DNA of 64,000 nt, taken from the NCBI RefSeq assembly GCF_009914755.1, contig NC_060930.1, one strand, 5' to 3'. This document shows positions 1 to 64,000 of this stretch, piece by piece (the stretch's first letter is position 1; every line of letters begins with the position of its first letter). The translations under genes and the position numbers were made by a program. A model generated the notes under the pieces. It was not told the DNA's origin. It saw only the letters and a program-made list of their open reading frames with translations, and made no database searches. Source of the DNA: the human T2T-CHM13v2.0 reference genome, Homo sapiens.

Positions 1-239
1 GACAGGCAGATTGGGAAAGATGCCATAGAAGGTCAGGTCTTGGTAGGAAGTTGCTGTGGTTGGCATTGCATACAACTAATGAAGTCAGCATCTTGATACC
101 AATCCTATTCCTCCAGTTCTTTCCTGGATATGAAAAGCCGGGACCTAGACCCTGCTGAGCAGAGGTCTAAAAGACACCATTATCATCTCTTCTGCCATAT
201 CTATCCAGAGGGAAGGCATGTCCAGATAGCAGGAATCTT

Positions 240-775
240 CTTCAGGAGTATAGAAACAAGTGCAGACCATCTAAATGAGAACAAGCAAAGCCAAATTTAT
301 TTGGAGCTTACAATAGCAAGGGAGTCAGCCATCATCACTTGCATTTGTCAGAGACTCAACGGCAGGCAGAGGAGTGAGAAAGCTTTAGAGTGGAAAAAAG
401 GGAAAGCTTCAGGTATGCCAATTCAAGGCTGTTGGCATGGAGAAGCTGCAGGTGGGCTAACTAAAAGCAGGGCATCCTATGTAATTATTTAGGGGTGGGT
501 AGATATTTGGCTCTCTCTAGCTGGCCTTGAGTTGGAAGCCCTGACAAAACTTACAGAAGCTGTAAGTTATTAATCACGTCCTGGCCATTTGGGGTAGATT
601 GCTACAAGGGTTATTGCTTGGCTTCCTGGACTGGTTGCTAAATATAGTAATCTGATTTCTTGGACTGGTTACTGGACATAGTAGGTTGCCTTCCTGGACT
701 GGTTGTTGAAGGTTGTAGGTTAGTGTTCTATTTGTATATATTCTCTGGCCATTGTCTATTTGAATTCAGTCTCCC
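240..775 (-). mobile_element. Old LTR-like element (ERVL/MER76-like, family uncertain)
   Basis: Three internal cttcctggactggtt-type repeats (~620-708) and an end resembling TGAGAGACTGAAT on the - strand; family from memory only. Confidence 0.4.
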
Positions 776-866
776 AGGACGGAGGAGTAGGGAGGAAATA
801 AGAAAGGGATAGGGTGGCCAGGTGATTAAGGCAAATAAACTCCTATCAGTACTCCAATAGTCCTGT

Positions 867-1721
<855 letters not shown>

Positions 1722-2068
1722 CTGCCCAGGTTTCCTTTGTCAAGCGTGCCTTTCTCAGCCCTACATACCCACAGTTAAATAATCCCTTCTCTCCTGTTTA
1801 TTTTTCAACTATTGAAAATAGCAAACATCTTAAAACAATTTGTCTTCATGTTTTTCCTCTTAAAAAATTGCAAACGTCTTCTGGGCAGGATTTATGTATT
1901 GTTTATCTTATTTATTCTCTTCCTATTGCATCTGGAACACAGTCTGTTTTCAATACCGTTTGTTGAACTCCAGGGTAGATTACAGGGCTGTGTATTATAA
2001 TCTACAGTACTTTAACTGAAGTTACTCGTTTATTGGTGACTACATTGCTGTCAAAAATACACTCATGT

Positions 2069-2497
<429 letters not shown>

Positions 2498-2811
2498 TTA
2501 ACAAGGCTGCGATTTTTACCAACTTTTTTGCACTGTTGTAGCCCCAATAATGTATCTAAAATGGTACTTGACACAGTTTATATCCTTAAGAATGTATGCA
2601 TGCACGCACGCGTGAAGAATGAATGAATGAGGGGTCGTCCCTTTGCACACACGGAGGTCTACGGGCCGCAGAGTACCTACAGCATGGCCACCGCAAGCGC
2701 AACTAAAATCCAGGGCTTGTCGCAGGCACAGGCTCCTCCTTCGGTGGGTGGGACGGCGGCGCGCACTTTCTCTACGCCCCACTGCTAGGATGTGCGGCCA
2801 CCACTCCTCCT

Positions 2812-2841
<30 letters not shown>
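2812..2841. repeat. (CCG)10 trinucleotide repeat preceded by short CCT run
   Basis: Ten uninterrupted CCG units counted directly. Confidence 0.97.
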
Positions 2842-2842
<1 letters not shown>

Positions 2843-2901
2843 GTCGAGTGCAAGGGCTTCTGGGAGCCGAGCCTCGGGGTCTCGGAGAAGGGGCGCAGGT
2901 G

Positions 2902-2913
2902 GCCGCCATCTTG
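2902..2913. promoter_or_regulatory. YY1 motif GCCGCCATCTTG (CAAGATGGCGGC on - strand)
   Basis: Exact match to the YY1 consensus, typically found at or near TSSs of CpG-island promoters. Confidence 0.75.
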
Positions 2914-3031
2914 GATTGCGAACTGGGTCGCTACGCTTCACGCCAGGGGCGGAGTGGCGGCCCTTCTGTTACCCGCCACACACGTCGCCGCTGGGGACTG
3001 GGAAATCAGGGCATCGGAGAGTGCCACATTA

Positions 3032-53996
<50,965 letters not shown>

Positions 53997-54439
53997 CTTA
54001 CTGGAGGAAAAAAAATTTATGGCTAAAAAGGGTAGCTTCAGGTAACTCCTCTTTGTTGCCAATGTAAGAATGTTTGTTTTTTTACATAGAACAGTAAAGA
54101 GAATTTGATGCACTTTTAGAAAGCAAAATGAAACAAAAATTTCCATTCAGATGCAACCTTTCATTGTAGTTTGTTGTTGTTTTAGTTTTGTTGTTGTGCC
54201 TGTATTTATATCTTCTATTGTTTGGATTTTTGTATCTATTTGTGAATAATTGAATATGCAATTATTTAGTAATTTAAGCTTGAAAAGGAGAATTTTGGTG
54301 AAGCATTACTTAGTAATTCTGAATTTTTTCAAGCATTCTTGGAAACTGCACATTAGCAGTAAACCTATTGATAATTGCATTTTGGCAGTAAGTCTTACAC
54401 ATCTAATCTCTACTAAATCTACCTCTATCTTGAAGCAGA

Positions 54440-54445
54440 AATAAA
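54440..54445 (+). terminator. Candidate proximal poly(A) signal AATAAA
   Basis: First AATAAA I found after the stop codon; usage not demonstrable from sequence. Confidence 0.45.
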
Positions 54446-57230
54446 AACAAAAAAGCTTCAGAAGCATGAAATAATGCAAATGCTAAATTAGAATGTGAAA
54501 ATATTTATTACCTTAAATTATACATATCACTGTGCTGTAGGTTATACTTTGCAAAAAATTGCAACAGAAAACCTATAAAATTTATTTATAAAACAGAAGA
54601 AATATTATACTGATAATCCATTAAAATGTGGCAATTGTGAAGGGAGAAGCTGTTTTTCATGTTGAACACATTAAAAAGATTACTTTATAAAATGTTTAAA
54701 TATTTCTGTTTTTAACATATAAGTGCTATGTATATTAGTATATTTTGTATTTCAACCAAATATGCTACCATTTTTGAAATAGTGTTTTATTGTTTTTCAC
54801 TCATTGTTTTAAAGAGCATCATGACAGAGATGTCATCATGAATCTAAAGTAGTGCTGCATATCTAAAATAATAACTAATTATTTCTCTGATTTTTCAGAG
54901 CAGTAATTGAAAAGTTTCATTTTCTGTATAATAGTACTAGTTTAAGTTTAAGTACAAGTACAAGTTTAGGTACTCGAATGACAAAATTACCCTGAAGAAA
55001 TAACCTTATTATGTGTTAAATTGTATTAAATGCATTTAACATTTGGATGCTAAATGATAATGAAAATTGCTAAAGGTTCTTTAATATGGTTCAAATCTAT
55101 AAGACTTTTTTCTTTTAGTAATACTCAGAGGGTCATTCTGCTGCTTGTTATGAATCATAGATTACATTCATGTCAGATTGATCAATATGTATGTTTTATG
55201 ATTTAACAGCAAAAACCTCTTCAAACGGAAAATTTGAAAGAAAGGTTTCAATAGAAAAATTATATATATATTTATACATATATATGTGTGTGTGTTACTC
55301 TCACAGTTCAACTACTGTTGAACTCAATCTTTTAATTTATAGTTATACGTAGGCTATTTATGTGTCCAATTGTATACCTAGAATACTTACTTAAAACTTA
55401 GTTTACAACTCTTTTTAAGATGAGAACTAAGGCAATTTTGATATGATTCATGGTCTATTCTTTAAAAAAAGATTTCATTTATGATAGTATTTGTAATGTT
55501 TCTGCTGGAAATCAGAGGCACGTTCCAAGAGGAAAATGTATATAGGAGTACTTTTAAAGAATATGTCACTTTGTAAATTACATATCATGAAACTAAGCTT
55601 TTGACAAGATACTTAAAACCTACAGCTGTAAAATACAGGTTTAAATGGTGTTCGTAATGCTGAGTGCATCTGCCAGCCCTTTTTTATTATTAAGTAGAAG
55701 ATTGTATCTGTGCCCCTTTTTTCGTAGTGGAAGGTATATAGCCGAGTATAAAATGGTTTTCTTTTGCATTATCTGTATTCAAAAAACAGGGTAGTTATAT
55801 TAAAGCTTACCAAATTGATGGTGAATTTATCAGATTAACCTTTTTGTGGTGCAGATGGTTCTAAGTATCAGGTGACAGGGTATTCTACTCTTTCTAGTCA
55901 ATTAAAATTGATAATGCAGCATGATTCATAAACTAACCAGCTGTGCCTCCTTTTATTTTGAGGACCCTGTAGTCACTATAATAAATTTCTAAGCCAAATT
56001 TTTCAAACAAGATAGTTCTTATAGAAGGAGAAATAATAAATATGTGTGTGTTGATGCATGCACACAGAATGACCTGTGAAAGGAAACTTAAATTTTGCCG
56101 GTAAAACAAACATATCTCTACAGACTGTGATTATACTTCATAAGCATTTAAATACAGTTTTATTTATTTCCTTAAATATATTACTTGGGTAATTAATTTT
56201 AGATTTGATTGCAAAGAGCACTGTATAGCAGTTGGGACCAGCTCTTGGCTTGGCTTGGCTTGGCTTATTGTTAAGAGTTTATTGGATCAAGACTAACAAA
56301 TAACTTTGTGATGAAAATTCTTCAAAAATATAGCTACTCTTTTCAAGTATACCATTTAAAATATTTCATCAGGCAGAGCCCTGACCAGGAAAAAAAAAAA
56401 AAAAGAAAGAAAGAAAAGAAAAAAATAAATAAAATGCTCCAAAAAGTGTTTTCAGTAGTCTTCACTGGCCCTTGTGGGAGGAAAAATACTTTTTTAACTT
56501 GCTTTTCTAAGATTTGTTATATTTAAATCCAAGAGAAACTATGCCGAAAAAAAGTGTTATAAAGAGGAATGCATGTAGCATTAATGCAAATATCAAGAAA
56601 ATACTTGAAAGAGTCCTTTTCATTTATTTAATTAAATTTGGTGTTTTATTTTGTCTGAATCTGAATTTCTCCTATTTAATCTATGCAATTATGCTTGTTT
56701 TATATTTATAAGCACTTGACTCACTGGGTGTGGTCTTTTTACTGTGTTTTATTTCAAAACGTTGTTTTAAGTGATAGTGTCCTTAAATTTTAGTGTCATT
56801 TGGTCAACTTACTGGTAACACCAGAACAAGAAAGCAAAAAAGTAATAAATTCTGCTGGCACAGAACTAACATATCATTTGGTAACTGTAAAACCTATTTG
56901 CAGTTAAAGGTTGATTTATTGGATAAGGGACTAAAAGAAGCATATATTACCTTTGCCTTTATATTTTTTCTTCTTTTAAGAAGGAGCATTATGGAAAAAT
57001 AAATATAAAGTCTTAGTGAATTTTTGTTATGGTTCTCAATTCAGCAATCTACTGGCTGCTTGCGAAACTGTGAAATCAAATTGTTCTTAACCTTTATTCA
57101 GTTTAGTTTATAGCATTACTGTTTTATGAAATGTGACATTTTAGGAGCCAATATAATAGAGCTCTAAAAGGATAGTATATCTTTAAATTCTGACTGGGGA
57201 GTAAGAAGAGAAGATATTCTTACCCTACTA

Positions 57231-57297
57231 AATAAACCAACTTTTGAGTAGTATGCAATATTATGAAATGTTACAACACTATATTAAAAATAATAAA
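57231..57297 (+). terminator. Candidate poly(A) signals AATAAA (57231, 57292)
   Basis: At the end of the repeat-free 3' region, followed by U/GU-rich sequence. Confidence 0.45.
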
Positions 57298-57394
57298 ATA
57301 TTTTAAAATTGCATTTATATAAATGTGTCCATTTCATTTTTTCTTAAGATTGTTGTTTCCTAACAGAACAAAGACAGATGCTATTATTGGTTAA

Positions 57395-59750
57395 AAATCC
57401 ATTTACTTTCTAAAACTAACAAAGGAGAAAAAATAGAATTATAAAAAATAGCTAATCCAAAACTAGACAGAAAAAGAGAAAAAACAAATGAAGATGGAAC
57501 AAATAGCAAGAAAGATCAAACTCAGTTATATCAGTAGTCACAGTAATTACTAATGATTTAAACATGCCAATTAAAGTGCAGAGGTTATCAGTTTTAATAA
57601 AAAAGTAAGGCCGTATTTTGCCTCTAAGAAAATGTTTTCAAGAAGCAAATTGGTGAAAAGGGTGGAAAAAAGATATACCATGCTATCACAAATCAAAAGT
57701 AAGTTGGGGTGGCCATATAATGCATATCAAGGTGCATTTCAGAGCAAGGAATATTTATTGCTGGAGATAAAGAGGGTCATTTGATAAAGGGATCAATTCA
57801 TGATAGTCAAAATGTAGAAACAAATGTTCATCAGCCAATGGATAAATAAAATGTTATATTCATAAAATGGGATATTACTCAGTAATAAAATGAAATATGG
57901 ATATATGGTACAACATGGATGAACATTGAAAACATTAGGCTAAGTGAAAGAAACCAGATTCCATTTATATGAAGTGTTCGGAATAGACAAATCTATAGAA
58001 ACAGAAATAAATTAGTATCTAGGACTGGGGAAAGTTGGAAATGGGAGGTGACTGGGTACAAAGTTTCTTCTTTGAGCAATAAAAATAGGATTTTCTAATA
58101 AATTCAGAGATGTGCTGCCATCACCATAAGCAAAAGTTCACTTTTTTACTGGCACTAGCCATATTTCAAGTGCTCAGTAGGGAGTGCAGGGCTACAGTAT
58201 GTTTTTTAAATCACGTGAGAGTAACACAAAGTTTTAAATGCATATTTTACACCCCAAAGCAACCAATTCTTGTTCTTGGAGTTAGCTGAGCTTCCTAGGA
58301 TCCATGGATTTATAGTTTTCATCAAATTTGAAAACACAGCAATTATTTAAACATTTTTTCATTTCCAATTCCGCTTATATTAGTCTGCCTGAAATACTCA
58401 CACAGCTTATTAATGCTTTGCTCATTTTTGGTTATTTTTCATTTTGTATAGTTTTCATTGTTTCGTCTTCAAGTTCACTAATCTTGTCTTCTGCTGTGTC
58501 TAATCTCTTAATTCCATTAGTGTATTTTTTATGTCAGACATTGTGTATTTTATCTTTAAAAATTCAATTTGGATCTGTTTTATATCTTCCATTTTTTTTA
58601 TCATACTCAAGCTTTCCTCTGCTGGCTTGAACACAGCAAGTATAATAGCTGTTTGAATGGCCTTGCTACTAATTCTGTCATTTCTTGCTCTGTTTCTGTT
58701 TATTGATTTTTTTATTATGAGTTGTATTTTTCATTTGCATGCGTTTACATGTTTGGATATTGAATTTCCCATATTTGTTCTTCTTAACACAAGTTACTAG
58801 GGGAAAAAATGTGATCCTTTAAAGGCTTGCTTTTAAACTTTGTAAGGCAGGCACAGAACAACGTTTATTTTACTGCTGAGTCAGTACCATTCCGAGTACT
58901 CTATTACCCTATGAATTACAAGGGATTTTCACTTTGGCTAGTGGAACTTAAACTGTTCCTGATCATTGTGGGCTCCAAAAATTGTTTCCCCTTGTGCTTT
59001 CAGGTGATTCTTTAGAAGGCCTTGGGTAGTAGTCACATGTGGTCAATAGTACTTGGCTGAAGACTCAAAGGGGAATCCTCTGCAGATAATCTGGAGCAAT
59101 CTGTGTAGTTTTGTCACATTTGGTACTCTACCTTGTGAACTCTAGTTTTGTCCTCCCTGGCTTCCTAACTCTTTCTCCCCATCTCAGAGACTTTGTGGCT
59201 ATACCTGAATTTCCCTTCCTTGCCCTGCAATCGTGAAACTCTAGGCAGTAAGAGACAGAGCAGTCATAGGGCTCAACTAGTTTGTTTCCTCTGTTTCATA
59301 GATCACGGTTCCTCATTATCTGATGTCTAATGTCTGGAAACTGTTGTTTCATGTTTTTGTCCTGGTCCCTATTACTCTAGTTTGGCTTAAAGCAGAAGTT
59401 AGCATACCAATCTATGTTCTTTTTAAAATCTCTGTTTAATGTGGGCTTTGATCATTTTTCATATTGTTTTCTTGGTGCCTTTTTGTCTCAATCACTTTCG
59501 CTGAATTCAGTTATAGTGATTATAGTCTTTTTACTTATTTCCTTAGTTTTTTCTCATAATTTTAGAATTTCCAATCTTTTATTCTCTTTGGATTTATTCT
59601 TAAGTCTTTCCCTAATTTCCCTAAACATTTAAGGTTGTTAAATGTTTAATTTGGGAAGGCTAAAAATTTACCTTGAAGTACCATTTCAGCTGCATTCCAC
59701 AAGTTATTCAGCTCTAAGTATTTTAAAGTTTATATTATGATTTATTCGTG
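57395..59750. mobile_element. Mosaic of ancient L1M fragments (sense ~57395-58085; antisense ~58260-59750) with a small MER3/MER33-like piece
   Basis: ggaaaaaagatataccatgcta, caacatggatgaacattgaaaacatt, cactagccatatttcaagtgctca motifs. Confidence 0.55.
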
Positions 59751-59751
59751 A

Positions 59752-62677
<2,926 letters not shown>

Positions 62678-63519
62678 GAAATGTACTTTTAAATTTCAGA
62701 CCTTAAAAATATTATGCCACTAACTTCTAAGTTGTGATGTGATTACATGAGTTTGAAATTCGTTGATACTTGCTTTATGATCTGATATGTGTTGGTTTTA
62801 GTGAAATGGCCCATGTGTGTAAGAAAAGAATGTGTTTTGTTAATTGATTCATGTCTTTTACATACTAGTCTGCTTAATTCATCAGTTTCTAACTCGCCAG
62901 TTTCTAAGAGAGGTGTGTTAAAATCTCCCAAGATGATTGGTGGATTTTGAATTTTCCATATAGTTCTGACGATTTTTTTGTGTTTTATATGTTTTTTACA
63001 TTATTTTGTGCATAGAAATTTAGAATTACATCTTTTTTTTAAGGTTCAGATGAGAATTTGTACATTTATGTGCTAAAAGTACAGAACAATAGTTGACATT
63101 TTCAGAGTACTTGTTAAGTGAATTTTAACAAAATAGTTGAAACTTATTTGAAAATATTTTCCCTTTGGTCTTTGTGGTAGAAATGACAGACTTTTTCATT
63201 GAATGATGAGGACACAGCAGCCATATTATGCCAAGAGGAAAAATATCATGATCATATTGAAAGATCAAGCATGAGCTTCCATGGTGAAGTCTTCTGTACC
63301 AATGCACCAGAGAATGCCTACCATCCAAAAAAGCAGTCAGCTGATGGAAAAGAAGATTATTAAACCTTTGTTCTGGGATTTACTGTTAAAAAACAAACAA
63401 AAAACAACAAAAAAGCGGTGACAGGAAACAGTTAAGGAAATGATTTAACTGAAGGGAAGCAAGATTTTTTTAAAGCATTGTTCTTAATCCCCATGACTGT
63501 CCTTCAGTCACAATTCCAG

Positions 63520-63525
63520 AATAAA
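63520..63525 (+). terminator. Candidate distal poly(A) signal AATAAA
   Basis: Followed ~15-35 nt later by GU/U-rich tgtgtattaatgttttatgcttttt. Confidence 0.4.
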
Positions 63526-64000
63526 AGAATCTACTTTGTGTATTAATGTTTTATGCTTTTTATGAAACAATCAGGTCTTTTATTTTCCCCCTTCTTGAAC
63601 CACAGGGGTAACTATCTTTTCACCCAATCCAAGTGCTGGTCATAAATACACAAAAAACTTGTGTTTATCATGCAAACCACTAGCACCAAGAAATTTTATT
63701 TGTTGCAATTTGATGTCAAATAACATTACTGGGTAAATAACTTTTTATATACACATACTAAAACACAAATGCAGATTTATGGGTCAGATGACAGTTATTA
63801 TTTTTCCTGTGCATGTGGTAATTCATTAACATCGCCTCAGAAATATATTAGAATACACATGTGTATATAGAATATACATTCGTACCTACATAAACATGTG
63901 ATATGTATAGTTTTTAACAAATACACTGGCCATTACCCATTACACTTGAAAATACATGTATGAACTACCTCATGAAATGTAAACAGGAGTATAAAGAACC

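Noticed and set aside
130-492. 120-aa ATG ORF upstream of the gene
   Set aside because: Runs into LTR-like sequence, has no recognisable domain and no splice or promoter support.
56243-56266. (CTTGG)4 repeat in the 3'UTR
   Set aside because: Short simple repeat with no evidence of function.

Overview
Primate (almost certainly human) genomic DNA containing the complete KPNA5 gene (importin alpha-6 / karyopherin alpha-5, NPI-1 subfamily) on the + strand. It has a CpG-island promoter at ~2.6-3.3 kb and 14 coding exons that I spliced by hand: 3032-3035, 11016-11149, 13751-13852, 13989-14088, 20401-20495, 23716-23847, 26769-26857, 37916-38015, 43823-43986, 45994-46072, 47448-47573, 48192-48319, 51256-51434, 53809-53996. 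These give 1620 nt, i.e. 539 aa plus stop (IBB domain followed by ARM repeats), then a long AT-rich 3' region with several candidate poly(A) signals. The rest is largely interspersed repeat: >30 Alus, several L1s, MER41B and MER50-like solo LTRs, DNA-transposon fossils, and a 35-nt tailless U2 snRNA retrocopy. Almost all other ORFs in the track are Alu/L1/AT-rich noise. Most interesting observations: (1) exons 2-4 form a 336-nt, phase-symmetric, stop-free block closed by a non-canonical GC donor, so back-splicing would give an endless IBB-encoding circular ORF and skipping would give an in-frame delta-IBB importin; (2) the promoter (CCG)10 repeat lies in an antisense, strong-Kozak 45-aa polyglycine micro-ORF that the ORF track misses; (3) a MER41B LTR with a retained GAS motif sits just upstream of a STAT1-importing karyopherin gene. 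These three are hypotheses from sequence, not demonstrated functions. Repeat boundaries are approximate (about +/-20 nt) and repeat subfamily calls rest on recalled consensus sequences, not on a RepeatMasker run.
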